DNA of 64,000 nt from Tubulanus polymorphus. Taxonomy: Eukaryota > Animalia > Nemertea. Positions within the stretch are counted from its first letter, which is position 1. Each line of letters begins with the position of its first letter. This document shows positions 39,605-53,414 of this stretch, one piece after another. The position numbers and the translations under genes are program-made. The notes under the pieces are model-generated. The model saw nothing but the letters and a program-made list of their open reading frames with translations. It was not told the DNA's origin and made no database searches. Location of the stretch: positions 8,122,001 to 8,186,000 of the forward strand of contig NC_134031.1 in assembly GCF_964204645.1 (NCBI RefSeq), read 5' to 3'.

Positions 39605-40770
39605 AAACTAGGATCCAGGGACACCATGCCCACTAGGAAAGTACTCTGAAATGATCAACAATCTGGCAATTTCAATATTCAACCCCCTGATGAACAAGTA
39701 CAGGAACCAATGATGACCTTGAAACTCTCCACAATCATAGAATGTGTCATAAGCTACAATTTTGCAAATGAATGTGGTAACAAAAATATGCATAGATCGC
39801 AATACAAATAGAACTAGGTTTTTCACCCTTCAACCCCCCCCTCACCCCTGGTGAATAGCAGAAGCCAATGACCTTGATCATCACCACAATCATAGAAAGT
39901 GTCATGATCTTAATGGTCTATACAACTTCGCAAATGACTGTGATCACAAAATGTGTGTAGGTACGAATGCCAATTGAAATATTCAATATATTTCAATGCT
40001 TAACTCCCCTTGTGATAAGAAAAATATACTAGGAAAACCAAATTCCATGTAATGAGATGTGTCTTGTGACACTGTAAACAATTATCGAATATCAAGATCA
40101 TATGTTAAAGGCGCAATACTGTTCTGATGATGTGCTGAGTGACAATTGGGTTCGAGTTCTGCTGGCAGCTTAAAGTGCGCGGGCAAGACTTCAAAGGCTG
40201 TCCAGTCGTGAGGTTAAATGAATAATCCAATAGGGTAAGTCTTGGGAAACCAAGATCCAAGCGACGTAAAGCCAAAACAAAAACATATGAAACCTGTTGA
40301 TATTTTCCTATCTACTTATGAGGTTTGTAGAGACCCCCTCTGTATGCAAAATTTGTTCATATACATTAAGCATTACAGTATGCAATTGCACTGATCCCCT
40401 AAGATGGCCACAAATTCACAAAAATTGGCCGACCGCAAAATTTGCTTGATAAAGACCCTTCCCCAAGTATACTCATCACAAATTTCAATGAAAATGTTAA
40501 ACCATTAGAGTAGACTCCGCTTAAACCAGTAAAGTTGGGCTTTCATTTCTCTATTGAATTAGGCAGTTAATGGCTTGAAGAACCATGAAAATCAATTTTG
40601 CTTCTGATCGGGCCAAATTTTTGGCTGAAGATGTGTCTAGGGTAGATTACATACATAAACCAAATACATTTACACCAAGTATCAAACTCACTTGAAAACT
40701 TGATTCTGTCTACAGACAGGAAAAGTGGATGCAATAGCCTGCTGACTTAAACCCCAAGTAGGCTAAAAAT
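39605..40770. mobile_element. HINE-type element copy (degenerate, with inserts)
   Basis: Starts aaactaggatccagggacacc and ends acagacaggaaaagtggatgcaatagcct..aggctaaaaa; shares blocks with 41833-43026. Confidence 0.65.
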
Positions 40771-41832
40771 TGGCTTTATCGAAAGTAGAAAAGGTCTGTA
40801 AATACCTATGTAAATACAGCTTCAGAGGCTACATAACATATATGTATGAAACCTTTTCTTTTACTGAAAAATCACCTACACATGAAGGCTGTAATCAATG
40901 GTATTATCCAATCATATGACAAAATTATTATGCTTTTTGCGAGACAGAATACATAGACTTGACATTACAATTCATCTAATGGAAAAAGGTAAAGAAACAT
41001 GAATAAGATATATATACATACAGCATGTACGCAGACACTTACTTCTACATTAAAGCAATACATCACTTGAATTGTAAGAGTTGTAAATGGTAAGTGATAT
41101 CATACATAAATTTCTGGTGATAGGCCTATACTATGTATACTACTTACATGTTCATAAACATTGGATATTGATTTACTTAGAATAAAGTAACTCATTTCCA
41201 ATCAAAATTATAGACACTGGGTATACAGGCATATGAATCAACATTTTCTTTTCCCATCTCAATTCGTATGCCTCAATGACAACAATGCCATAAGTCAACA
41301 AACTATGGAGAGTCAAATTCAGTGGCTTATTAGAGAGCGCATTCACACAGTGAAACCTTCACTCAAAAAATGCCGTGACAAAGGGAAGTGACTCACTTCC
41401 AGTCCTGGGCCAACATTTTTGGTCAGGTCAGATTAAGCACCCGTGTTTAGAATTGATACCCACTGATCTGTTGACCCTCATTGTTTTGAGCAAAAAAAAA
41501 AAAACGGCACAATAGTTAAGTGAAGCAATTTGCATTTTACTTCAATATAATAATTATCCAAGCTATGACGACTTAAGCAAGTTTGAATGTATTCAGAACC
41601 AGAACTTTTTACCTATTCTTTTTAATATTATCCCATAAAAACGACCCTTAGTTTATTGGGAGCCCATATACAGTAAAGCTTGTGTAAAAATTGAAGTGGC
41701 CAATATAAGGTCTGGAATTTTCCCATTCATTTTCATAATACATTCTGTCTCTAAATCGGACATTTTGTCAAAAACTTACCAAATTGGATAGATAAGATAA
41801 TTTTGGAAAAACATTTTATCCGCGAATAGTTT

Positions 41833-43026
41833 AAACTAGAGGTCCAGGGACATCATGTCCACTTGGGAAGTGGTTTCAGATGCTCAACAATCTAACAATT
41901 TCAATATTCAATACCCCATCCAATGACCTTGAAACTCACCACAATCATAGAACATGTCAGCAGCTACAATTTTGTAATTGATTGTGGTAACAAAATATGC
42001 CTATTTACCAATATGATATGGAAATACTTAGTAATTCTACTATTCAACACCCCCTGGTGACCATATGTGAAGCCTATGGCCTCGAAACTCACCATAATCA
42101 TGGAACATGTCATGAGCTACAACTTCGCAATTGATCATGGTAATAAAATATGTCTAGGTACCAATATAATAAGGAAATACTAAGTTATTCTACTATTCAA
42201 CGCCCTCTAGTGACCATATAGAATAACTAATGTCCTTGAAACTCACCACAATCATAGACCATGTCATGAGCTACAACTTTCCAATGGATTGTACGAGCAA
42301 TATATGAATAAGTACGAATATAATATAGAAATACTAAGTTATTGTATTGTTCAATGCCCCCTGGTGGCCATATACAAAAACCTATGACCCTCTACGAAAC
42401 TCCCTACGATTAAGTCCACGTCATGAGCTACGACTTTCCAATTGATTGTGGTAACAAAATATGCTTAAGTATCAATATAACGTGGAAAACTTTTTTCCAC
42501 CTACGAATGAGTACTGATGATAAAATGATGGCCGCCAATTGCGTCGTAATTGCCTGATCAAATATACCTGTCTCGGGTATAAGTGATCCCTTTCCAAAGA
42601 AAACCCATCACAAATTGCAATGAAAAATGGCAAACCATTAGGAAGCTACAGGACTCAGAATTCAGGCCAAAATTGACATTTTTGGGCACAAAAAAGGTCA
42701 CAGGACAGCTATCTTGGGCTGATGGGCCCTTGGGGGATACAAATGTATAAGATCAAGGTAATTGATAAAAGCGTCTTTTTCCCTCGAAAACTTCGAAAAT
42801 GTGTAAAAAGTGCTGATTTTGGCGAACAACAATGGCTGCCAGTCGGCCATCTTGAATCTGACAGGGCCAGTTTTTGGGCTGAAGATGTGTCTAGGGTGGT
42901 TGATACATGTATAAACCAAATATCAAGACATTATTACCTTGAAGTGTCTTCAAAACTTCCCAAAATAACTTGATTCCGTCTACGGACGGACGAAAAGTGA
43001 ACGCAATAGCCCGTTGGGACCAAAAG
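41833..43026. mobile_element. HINE-type element with ~154-bp internal tandem repeat (4 units)
   Basis: aaactagaggtccagggac start; gaaactcaccacaatcatag..tgtcatgagctacaac unit at about 41927, 42080, 42234 and 42392; acggacggacg..gcaatagcccg end. Confidence 0.75.
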
Positions 43027-44165
43027 TCTGTAATTGTTTGATGCGGTACCTTCCCTCATACCCAGAAGGCTTATTATTGATATAATGAAAGCAATTAATC
43101 CAAAATGGGCACGCAAAAATTGCTTATTAACTTTCTCATGCCATGTTTCAGTCAAGATTTCATCTCAATATGTTACCAACTGATGATGATCACTTTTACA
43201 TTTTATCAATCAAATTAAATTCTTATAATTGTATTTTGAACAATGCACCGACGTATATGACTTTTTCAATTTTTTATTCCTTTTGTTACCTTTTAATGTG
43301 CATTCAATGAATAGGTGCATCAAAATGAAAACCATTTCAAAATGGCAGCGCGGTGTAATTAATACAAAAGACTCTGTTCCAGCATGAACTCTAAAACCTA
43401 AACACATTTTTACCATTACCATTCAAAACAAGCGATATCAACAAAAACAAAAGTTTCATCAGCAGCATTGATAATTTAAACAGACCTGATAATATGATAA
43501 ATACATCTTTGGAAAACTTATGATTTCCTGGACGGGATTTTCACCAAATTTTCTAGTATTTCAGTTGAATTATTCCATCAGATTTAGCAGTATAATTAGC
43601 GGCTGATTTACTGAATACAATCTGGCGTCATACGTACGTGGTGATGTCACAAAAATGCTAATAGATAAAAATGGCCATCTTAGCCAATGTAGACAAAATC
43701 TAGAAAATCTCATACTCTCCAAAATGACATATCAGGGCCATTTCGCATAAAGGCTATATCATTTGATATAAATAAACGATTCATTTTAGAGGTTATATTT
43801 AAACCTAGGGTTAATTTTGCCATAAGTAACTTGATGGTCCTTGAAGATTTAAATGGCTTGGAAACAAATGAAAAAGAAGAAATCTATACAAATTCTGATA
43901 AATTCTTCTTTTTTATGATGTTTTTTAATTCATGGAATACTGGAATACGTTCAGTATCAAAGCTTTTTGTGACGCCACCTCATGTTGGACCATTAATATG
44001 GTTTCGATAGTTTTACAAATTTCAGTTGATGGATGTGCATAAAATACATTATTGCGCAATTGAGCTCCTAAAATATCAGGATAATTAAAATAATTTTTCA
44101 TTGCATACACTTGGCTACATACTTTTGGACAATCTGTAGTTTATACAGAATAGGTTAACACATGA

Positions 44166-44284
<119 letters not shown>

Positions 44285-45242
44285 TAACTGCATATTAGAA
44301 AGTGGACAGAGTGAATCAATGCATATGGGTAAGGATTCAGTTATGCAGGCAGTTATCCTTCCAGCGGATTAAAAACCATAGCCATATTGCTGTAACAGAA
44401 TTCCAGTTGGACAGATCATAGATTTTTTTATTTTGCATAAAAACATGCAAAGTTATAAGCTTGTATAACATTCAACAGTAAGCCTACAACATAGATTATA
44501 TCTGGAACGGTTTCATTATTCAGCAGTGGACTCCAACACACAACATAGAAAACCAGTGTAATAATTATAACTTTGACGAACAATGTAAGAAGTCTTGAAA
44601 CCAACACTAAACTACAAATGTATATGACAAAATCATATTGGTATAAAAAACCTGGTGTTGATTTGTAGTTAGTAAACATTGTGAAAATTCAGAAACTAGG
44701 GACAAAATTTCACAATTACCTACTGGGTATTATCTGTAAAATCGAGGAATTTTTGGATGGAATTGTGTCTGCATAATTGGAGAAAATTATTTGTTCTTTC
44801 TAACAGTATCACCTTACCACAAAATCGAAATCATTATGACACCAGTGTCAAGCAGTTGGATAACATTTTGAAATTCAGGACAATATTTCAAATCTGTAAA
44901 TTGAGGCTTTTCTGGATGGAATTGTGTCTGCATAATTTGAGAAAAATATATCATTATTTTTTTCAATTACATATCCCCTATCCACAAAATTATTCAATTG
45001 CAATTCAAAACTTGAAAAATAGAAGCATACAATCACACGTTCATTTTGCAAAATCTGCACAGTTTCAAAGGATTATATCAATTGTACATTCAGTATATCA
45101 TCAAATGTGATCAAAGCAGAATTCAATTAATATCATATTACAATGTATAGTTAGTTATGTATAAGGATAAATTGAGTTGTGTTCATTCAGCTGATATATT
45201 TACAAGTTCTGTATTTACATGTTAAATTTACAAATGTGTAGG

Positions 45243-47570
45243 TTATTGCTGATTGGATGATAAAGCAACATGCTTCAGCCGATGTGGTGGCATCTGAGCT
45301 TGACCTACGACAGCCGCGTCACATCCCACATAAGTACAATGATAATGTGTCTGTTTCGCAGAGTACTTGCATCCGACTGTTGTACAGTTTATTCCGATAG
45401 GAAATTTTTTGAAGCCCTGAGATACGAAAAAGTCCTTCTTCAGATGCTGCTTACGGTGAGCTGTGACCTTAATTGTGTCGGTGCAAGTATACTGGCACTT
45501 ATTGCAGTGAAAATGTGTCGCTTTCATTGAATACAGGCAGCCAAGCTTGGCACATTCGATATTTGCACGATACTGATAGAAGTCATCACCCATTATCTTA
45601 TCAATGCGCAGATGACGCAGCGAATGTTGATCTATGCGTTGACGGCTGCAAATGCCAAACATGCACGTTGGACGTTTGCAATGAAAGTGTGTTGTGCTTT
45701 GTCGATAAGAACAACCGCGACACATACAGTCCTCATGAGCGAAGAAACGAATGTATCCTTCAGGAATAGGCTCGTCACGATTCACCCGGGGACTTCCAAA
45801 TCTACGCTGCTTAACAATGATCGCATCATTATCAATTATATCGCTGTTAGGTGACAATGAACGTTTTCTCCCATGACGCTGATTCAACGGCTGCGGTTCC
45901 GAGTTGGTAGCACTTTCATCAATTTCAAGTTCGTGTTCTGAATCATCCAAATCAATTTCGGCCGAACGGGATGGTTGCTGCGGTGTGGACACCATATTTG
46001 AAAATGCTGCCGGATTTAAATTCAACGAAGAATTCAAAATTGATTCATCTTCACTCAAATCGCAGTCTTTGGTTGATAAATTATCGCCCGAATCCCGTCT
46101 CATATCAAATTCACATTTCTTCTTAGGTGTCGGTTTAAATTTTATACCATGTCTACCGACATGTGTTTTCAGTCTTTCAGGATCAGAAAATGCCTGATTA
46201 CAATCAAAGCAATGATAATGGTCGCGTTTCTTCAATTTACAAAATGGACGTCCACAATTTTGATTCAATACATAATGCATTTTTTGCTTTAATAAAGACC
46301 AGCTTTCAGCAGGCGGTGGAGGCTGTTGTTGGACAACTTGATGTTGATTATGGGGTTGAAATAATAAACTCAACGGCACTGCGGTAACAATGGGTTTGGC
46401 AGATGGAACGGTTAAAATAGACGTGGTTGTAGAAGTGACCGCAGTATTGCTACTAGATACAGTTCCATCTAACAGTGCTTCTGCAGCGGCACTTGCTTGT
46501 TGTAAAGTGAGCGGCGCTTGGTTTACTGCTGACTGTCCATTTTCTACAGAAGTAGTTGGGATGATCGATAAAGGTGTGCTTATGTGTCCAGTTACAGAAC
46601 TAATTGGTAAAGTGAATCCTTGTGAGGCAGCTAGACTGGTTAGGTTCAATACAGCTGTGTTTGTTGCCATATTTATCACGATTGGTGATGTAATAGCGTT
46701 ACTTAGTGCTCCAATGGCAGGAGCGATTGAACGGAATGGGTAAGGCTCTGGTTTGACTAAGCTTCCGGCTTCATTAGATTTGCCAGTCATCGAACCTTCC
46801 AATGGCGGAATTGTTGATATGGGAAAGAAGGTTCCAGATGATTTTACCGTGCCAACACTTGAAGTTTTTGAAGCGATCGGTATATCAGTTTTTATTGGTT
46901 TCACAGCTGTGTGTGAAGACGGTTCAAGGATGCTATGTTGGGAATTATCGAATTGGTGTTTTTTATCATGTTGAAACATCGTACTATGACGGATGAATGA
47001 ATAGTCACAACGAGAACGTGTACAATGGAAATGTCGACTAGTACGATTATTGCTACAATGCACTCGACGACAATCAACACCACGATCAAAGAACTCAAAT
47101 CCGTCCAAAATTGTAACATAATTGTGAAATTCACGGGCGTGTAGATTCATTACATCTGTGCTGTTTGTCACATGATGACAGCGTGGTCGAATGCAGTGAT
47201 AGTGCTCCCTCATATAATGGGGGCAAAGTTCATCAGGGCACGCTTCGTCGTTTTCGAATATCTTAAAACAACGAACAATTTTGTTTGGACTGTTGAGAAA
47301 CAAATCTCTGGTCAATTTCACAAATTCTCCAACAATTTTATCAGACTTCTTCAGCGTTTCCTCGTCCACTTTTATGGTTGGAATCACTGGTATATCTTCT
47401 TTCGGGTATTTGGGTGGTCGTCCGCGACGACGTCTCAGGCCATCGATAAAACTTGTAGCAGAAAATCGTGGTCGGCCATTGACGTATGGACGCTGTTGTT
47501 CATGATGTCGATGATGCTGCAAACGCAATAATGAGCCAGCTTCGGCTTTTACTATATGGTCACAATCAGG
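45243..47570 (-). CDS. CASZ1: castor/CASZ1 zinc-finger transcription factor, terminal coding exon
   Basis: Acceptor tttttgtttcag ends at 47571; castor-type C2H-C2H2 modules (GF..F...C...C....H[YF]HC..C...H..H), AT-hook-like RRRGRPPK; stop at 45243. Confidence 0.92.
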   Translation of the reverse strand, partial: PDCDHIVKAEAGSLLRLQHHRHHEQQRPYVNGRPRFSATSFIDGLRRRRGRPPKYPKEDIPVIPTIKVDEETLKKSDKIVGEFVKLTRDLFLNSPNKIVRCFKIFENDEACPDELCPHYMREHYHCIRPRCHHVTNSTDVMNLHAREFHNYVTILDGFEFFDRGVDCRRVHCSNNRTSRHFHCTRSRCDYSFIRHSTMFQHDKKHQFDNSQHSILEPSSHTAVKPIKTDIPIASKTSSVGTVKSSGTFFPISTIPPLEGSMTGKSNEAGSLVKPEPYPFRSIAPAIGALSNAITSPIVINMATNTAVLNLTSLAASQGFTLPISSVTGHISTPLSIIPTTSVENGQSAVNQAPLTLQQASAAAEALLDGTVSSSNTAVTSTTTSILTVPSAKPIVTAVPLSLLFQPHNQHQVVQQQPPPPAESWSLLKQKMHYVLNQNCGRPFCKLKKRDHYHCFDCNQAFSDPERLKTHVGRHGIKFKPTPKKKCEFDMRRDSGDNLSTKDCDLSEDESILNSSLNLNPAAFSNMVSTPQQPSRSAEIDLDDSEHELEIDESATNSEPQPLNQRHGRKRSLSPNSDIIDNDAIIVKQRRFGSPRVNRDEPIPEGYIRFFAHEDCMCRGCSYRQSTTHFHCKRPTCMFGICSRQRIDQHSLRHLRIDKIMGDDFYQYRANIECAKLGCLYSMKATHFHCNKCQYTCTDTIKVTAHRKQHLKKDFFVSQGFKKFPIGINCTTVGCKYSAKQTHYHCTYVGCDAAVVGQAQMPPHRLKHVALSSNQQ

Positions 47571-47802
47571 CTGAAACAAAAATGAAGCCATCAGTGGACA
47601 ATTCTTTCACCCTACCTGTTTTACAACCCCAGAATGTACCCAGTATTTTGCAACCCATTGCCACATTCATTCTCAGAAAATGGCGCCAGTTGGGCATTCA
47701 AAATTCTGCTGTCAATTCATTTATTCAGTAATTAATGATAAGAGACACTGGGTACATATGATTCAACTAAAGGAGATAAATCTAAGTTGGAAACAAACTT
47801 AC

Positions 47803-47920
47803 CCAGAGACAATGATGGTGCGTTTCTCCTTTGATTGAGCAACCATCCACACAGCAATCTGCATCGGCTGATGTTGAGTGAAACGTTAAATCTGTTATCC
47901 GCTCTTCTTGTTCATGGAGC
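47803..47920 (-). CDS. CASZ1: castor/CASZ1 coding exon (LHEQEERITD...THHHCLW)
   Basis: Hand-translated; ttttag acceptor, gtaagt donor; phase 2-0 fits neighbours. Confidence 0.88.
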
Positions 47921-48050
47921 CTAAAATTTTTATGAAAAAATTGAAATAACATCCGACAGATGAATTCTAAATTAAGTATTTAGAAGATTCTGACAATACG
48001 TTTTTACTAATTATGTGATCAACTTTCAATGTGTGATCAGGAAACCTTAC

Positions 48051-48173
48051 TTTGCATGCTCACGGACACGTTCTTTGGTTTTGAATAATGCATCGCATCC
48101 TGTTTGGTTACAGTGATAATGGTCTTTATACAACAGTTGACATCTTGCACGGCAGGGATCATTGGCAGTGTAT
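48051..48173 (-). CDS. CASZ1: castor/CASZ1 coding exon (YTANDPCRARCQLLYKDHYHC...REHAK)
   Basis: tttatag / gtaagg; phase 2-2. Confidence 0.9.
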
Positions 48174-48965
48174 CTATAAATACATGTACGCACATAAATA
48201 TAGCAACTAAGTGAAGAAAAAAACTCAACATTTTGATAACTAGCCCTTACACTGTGAATATGGTTAAACTGTGGTGTGTGTGTCCTATGACAAGCTTGGC
48301 TTGTCGTGCGTAGCAAAAGGGCTAAGGGTCCAGAGACATGCCCATTTGGTGAAATGCTTGACAATTTCAATGTCCAATGCCCCCTGGTGCCCATGTAGGC
48401 ACCATTGACCTTGAAACTCACTAATATAGAACAACATGTCATGACCTACAACTTTGTCATTGATTGTGGCTACAAGATATGCATAGGTACCAAACAAAAC
48501 TAGAAAGAAACTTTTTAATAGGACGACGACGGGGAATAGAAATTAAAAGTCAAACTCCGGGTGAAGACGAGTTAGGTTGGTTGGTAAGGCTTACACACTG
48601 TACTGTGCTTTTCAAACACGTTAGCAAGTTATGCCCAAACGAAGTTCTGACTGTTAGACAAAGAGTTGAGAGTCAACATACAATACAAGTTTAAGGTATC
48701 ACAGAGATTTAAGGCAAAACGGAGCAGTTAGCATCCCTGCAAGTATGAATACTATAGAGGACCTTGGCTCGAAATATGTAAGCTTGATTTACAAAATCGT
48801 CGTCGGTATGGGTTGATATTGCCTTAGATACGATTAGAGGGGTTGATAACGAAGTATCATTTTAGCCATGGGTGCATGTTTAATCCATATACTATCAAGT
48901 TATACTTACCACGGCCACCGGATACAGTCTGCCTATCGGCACAATCGCCAAGAACCCATGACATA

Positions 48966-49389
48966 AGCCGCGTTCACACTAGATTCGGCGCTTACGAAGT
49001 ACCGTACTTCGCTGGTGCGGAATTCACCAAAATACGGCGCTTATACAGCCATTTGCGTTCACACTATGAGTCGGCAATTCAGCACTTAGTAAGCCCAGTA
49101 AAGTAGTCACCCAGTGTGCCAATAGAGGGGAGTGTAATTACAGCTAAGTGTTTTGTACTATTAGGATGTGAATACACAGCTAGCTAAGCGCTGAATCTGC
49201 GTTCACACTACAGAAAATACGCGGCCAGCTCAGTTCCATAATGAGATCGGGATTTCAGCGCGGAATCACATTCCGCGCTTAATAAGCCGCGTATTTCAGT
49301 ACGGAACTGAATAAGCCGCGAATAGGCCTCGAATAATTTCCTAGTGTGAACGCTTAGTACCATACTGAAATCCTAGTGTGAACGCAGCT
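48966..49389. mobile_element. Harbinger-type MITE in castor intron
   Basis: TIRs agccgcgttcacacta / tagtgtgaacgcagct; 3-bp ATA flanks; internal gcgttcacacta repeats; same TIR class as 8961-9700. Confidence 0.75.
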
Positions 49390-50680
49390 ATAGCCCAATG
49401 ACCAGGCTAGCTGTACCCTTAGGGCCTGGAGCTAGTCTAAAGGCTGGCTTATGTCGACAAGCAACGCGACGCCTACCGACTCCTACCAACTCCACTAGGA
49501 GCAAAAGCGATCGAAGCCCAGCTTATGTCGACGGCGCTCCGGTTCGCAGCAACTAAGGCCGACTATCGGGATACGAGATCCTCCCAGTTGCTTCCCTGCT
49601 TATGTCGGTTACGATTACTGGCAACTGCAATGGCTCAGATGGTCACGTGATAAGCATTTTGAGAATAAATTTGCTATTACAGTGCTATTTCAAAAATGTA
49701 TGCGTGGCACTATTTTAAGCGAGGACTAATACAGGTTAACTTCTAGACAGGGGCGGGGCTACTTTACAGTCACAATTTTTTTATTTCGGCGATATCTAAT
49801 TAACCGAGTAACAAAAATTCACCATATACGAACTCAACCTTCTGTGTTTCATATTTAAGCGACTGTGAAAGTTTCAGACGCGTACGTGGCGTTAAACGGA
49901 CGAAATCTTTTGACATGACGGATTTCATGATAACAATAGGACGTGTACTACGTACTGTCATCCTAATTAAAGGAACAAACTTGTACAAGTCTACTTTATG
50001 ATACCAGGTGGGTATCATTATAGTATAGTAAATTCAATCATTAATTTATGAAAACATCAGTGTCCAGATAGAACTGAAAATTAATTTGTGATGGTTACAA
50101 TCTTAACACAAGCCTAATTAGCATAAAACAGGATACTCCATGACTGACGTTTCCACACAGTCATACAAATACATGTAGTGAATAAGACAGTCCTCAGGCG
50201 AGGTAAAAAAATTGCAAAAAGTTCGTTTCGTTTCTAATTTCATGAAAAAGCTACCAGTTAGTTAACTAAATGAAGTGGAGCTTGCTTGTAATAATGTATA
50301 AAATTTGTGGAAGTTTGAACAACCTGCTAACTTTAGTCTGTGACAGCAATATAGCCTTCCTAATAGCCCATGAAAATCTGGTCTTCCTGTATGGTGTCAT
50401 GCAAAATTATGCATCTGTGGATAAGTGGATTCTGTCTACTGACCGATGGTAGATGGACAGTAAGTAAATGCAATAGCCTGCTGGGACTGATATCCCAAGT
50501 GGGCTGAAAACCTAAAATCGTGGACAGATCCAATGTCAATCCTTTCTTGTATTCCAAAAGACTTTTTTCACAAAAGATAATTGATTTGTAAAGTGTCCTT
50601 TTATATAGATTCAAGTGTTTCTTTGTTACTGAACAAAGATCTGTAGGAGGAATTGGATAACATACTGTCTAGTGTCTTAC

Positions 50681-51452
50681 CTAGTAAGATACTTTTTCCA
50701 AGATTCATCTCGTTCTCGTTTTTCCGGTGATCGCATAACAGGTGGCACCAGTGGTCCTAATTCATTCAAAGTTGACTCCTTTGTGTTCAGCTCGGATGTC
50801 GGTTCTGATGGTTCAAGTTTAAAGCGTGGAATCGGAAGACTCAATGATTCGTTCAGATTCAGGACGGATGCATATTTAGCAGAATTGTTTCCATCACTCA
50901 TAGGAGTGGCAGTAGGCACCGCCGTGATCATTGAACCAGAACTGAATTCTGATTTGATTGGAGTAATTGACATAGATGGTGATGAACACCTTGATGAAAA
51001 TGGTGTCGTCTCCGATTGATGTAATGATGACGTATCATCTGACATAGTCGAAGATGGAATATCCATTGAGGTATCATCAATCTTAAGTTTTTCATGGTAG
51101 TCTCGCAGCTCTTCTAGATCGACGTATTCAGACACTTTTTCTGAATTTGATGTTGTAACTCCACCATTCATTGACATGGTATTTGTTGTGGATGTCACAA
51201 CAGTACCACCTGGTCCAGTACTGAATGAATTTGCTTCCATGGCAATAGATCTCATTAACCCACCAGGCAGCACAGCTGAAACAGATGAATTGATAGGTGA
51301 GGCTGAAGGACTCGGAGCACCAGAAGATGAGTTTTCATCATGTTTCAGTTCATCTGTTCGAAAATGAGTATATGCCATCTCGAAGTCTCTTCGTTCGTGT
51401 TTGCGTTTGTGAGAATACAATTGACCAGTTGAATGTAAGACATAGTGACATC
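50681..51452 (-). CDS. CASZ1: castor/CASZ1 coding exon (GCHYVLHSTGQLYSHKRKHERR...WKKYLTR)
   Basis: tttcag / gtaaga; phase 1-2; HKRKHERR is characteristic of castor/CASZ1. Confidence 0.92.
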
Positions 51453-51614
51453 CTGAAATATATGAGACCAGTAAATGTTCACTCGCATAACTACATATAC
51501 GTAAATAAATATAAGAACATATACATAAGTAAGAAACTACATATACATAAGTAAATTTACATCATTTGTCAAGATTACTAACTGAGGAGGCCTTTTCTAA
51601 AAACTCTTACAAAC

Positions 51615-51752
51615 CTGGTCTAATGCAATGAATGTGATTGCTAACTTTGCTATATTTGCATTTTGGGAAGGAACAATGTTCATATTTCATAAACTTTTTG
51701 AATCCATCTTTACCCAGGACCTCATCCTTCTGGTGGTAAGTTTTGTGTTTCT
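51615..51752 (-). CDS. CASZ1: castor/CASZ1 coding exon ([27 protein letters not shown]...HIHCIRP)
   Basis: Hand-translated; ttttcag / gtttgt; 138 nt, phase 1-1. Confidence 0.92.
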
Positions 51753-52205
51753 CTGAAAATGAGGAAAGATTTACTTTATTCAACAGTAAAAGAAAGCCTT
51801 ATCATAGAGGACACCGATATCTCTTTCACTCCCAAATTTATGGATCTACGATTTAAGGGCACAAGTTTTAAATAGCCAAAGCCATAGGTGAATGATCTAT
51901 GTTAAAATGTGCTATGACTGCTACAGGCGTAGTTCTATGATCTAAATGGCAAGCAGCTTTTATGATAGATGGAGCAGCTGTTTCTGTAGTCTATATGAAA
52001 TGACTGCCGTCCTGATAGGGAATCAATTTAGCTTTTCTTCAACATATCTTCCATCCATAATAGCCTATTCTGACAGAATTATTAGTTATTTCCTATCAGC
52101 TAATGAATAAAATGGTGATTCAGCTCATAATGCCTAACCGTGCTGCATTTCACATCAGAAACCACTATTTCAGAGATTTGGAAACATAACCGACATACGA
52201 CATAC

Positions 52206-52422
52206 CCATATCAGCTTTATTTTTGAATGTAAATTGACATCCTTTCCTTCGACAATGGAAATGTGTTGTGCGTTGCCCATAGAAACTGCATGATATAGTC
52301 CCACAGTCCTCAGTCGCGCGGAAGCGTTGAAATCCCTCCTGAATAATTGCCGAGTCTTTACGATGATAATTTGCGTGCATCTGTACATCAGATGTACTTA
52401 TGTAGACCTTGTTACAATTATT
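52206..52422 (-). CDS. CASZ1: castor/CASZ1 coding exon ([40 protein letters not shown]...KNKADM)
   Basis: [25 protein letters not shown] is the diagnostic castor/CASZ1 core; tttacag / gtatgt. Confidence 0.96.
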
Positions 52423-52646
52423 CTGTAAATAAGGGAATATGAGGGATTAAAAAACTTCGATGATGGGTGGGTTTGAGGTATCCCATACTTTAATCATGAT
52501 GATCCAAAGTAAATTTGACTTATTTTCTTAAGATTTTTCCCCTTTGAATCACTTTGCAATAAAAATACTGATCAGGTCATTTCAAATTAAGTTTTGATTT
52601 TGACATCTTCCTGCTTGAAATATCTCAGGAAGTAATGGTCATTTAC

Positions 52647-52811
52647 CTGTACACAGTGGTAATGAGTCTGTTTCTTGTTGTGTTGGCAGTCTTTGAACTT
52701 GTCTGAACAGTCGTCAAGAAGACTATAACGCAGGAAACCATGCTGTAATGAATCATCACGTTTCTTGTGCCATTTGAAATGTCGGATCATCTCCTCTTTT
52801 CGGACAAAAAC
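52647..52811 (-). CDS. CASZ1: castor/CASZ1 coding exon (VFVRKEEMIRHFKWHKKRDDSLQHGFLRYS...HYHCVQ)
   Basis: HKKRDDSLQHGF motif; tagcag / gtaaat; 165 nt, phase 0-0. Confidence 0.95.
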
Positions 52812-53225
52812 CTGCTAAAATATTGACAATACTTTGTAAATTTTGGCATCATAAATATGAATTCATTTAAATACTTTTGCAAGAAAACAAGTGTAAAATA
52901 CGGCTGTAAAGCAGCTAGAATGGGCTTTGCGGGGTGCCAGGTTTTAGATTCGGCAGTACTGGGGTCGATAGCTCTGGCATCGTATAGATGAAATTTAAGC
53001 CAGGTAAAGCGGATGACAATACATAAATTTGGAACCATATCAAATAGAATATGAATGCCTACTGTCAATAATTATAGTCAGGAGAGAGCAGAAAGGTAAA
53101 ATTCATAATAATAAACACTAGGAATACAAAAGGTTTTTCGATGAGGCAGTAGAAAACCCTAAAAATGTTCCCACAGGATAATTACTTCCATCTGGTTACA
53201 AGGCAGTGCGCTACAATTTACTTAC

Positions 53226-53313
53226 CCTGAATGAACAGTCCAAACAGTGATAGTGCTCCTTGAATGCCATATCTCGGCAGTGAAATCCATCGCATTCATG
53301 AAATGATGAATAC
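53226..53313 (-). CDS. CASZ1: castor/CASZ1 coding exon (YSSFHECDGFHCRDMAFKEHYHCLDCSFR)
   Basis: Hand-translated; catcag / gtaagt; phase 2-0. Confidence 0.9.
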
Positions 53314-53414
53314 CTGATGAATGCGTAAAAACATCGAAAATGATATTTTCATTTAGAAACATGCTATTGGATTTTAGTATTAAAATGATTAGTTCAAATG
53401 TGCGAAATACATAC

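Noticed and set aside
45270-47731. Many plus-strand ORFs opposite the castor exon (likewise opposite ZF-A and ZF-B)
   Set aside because: Antisense shadows of long coding exons with no recognisable domains.
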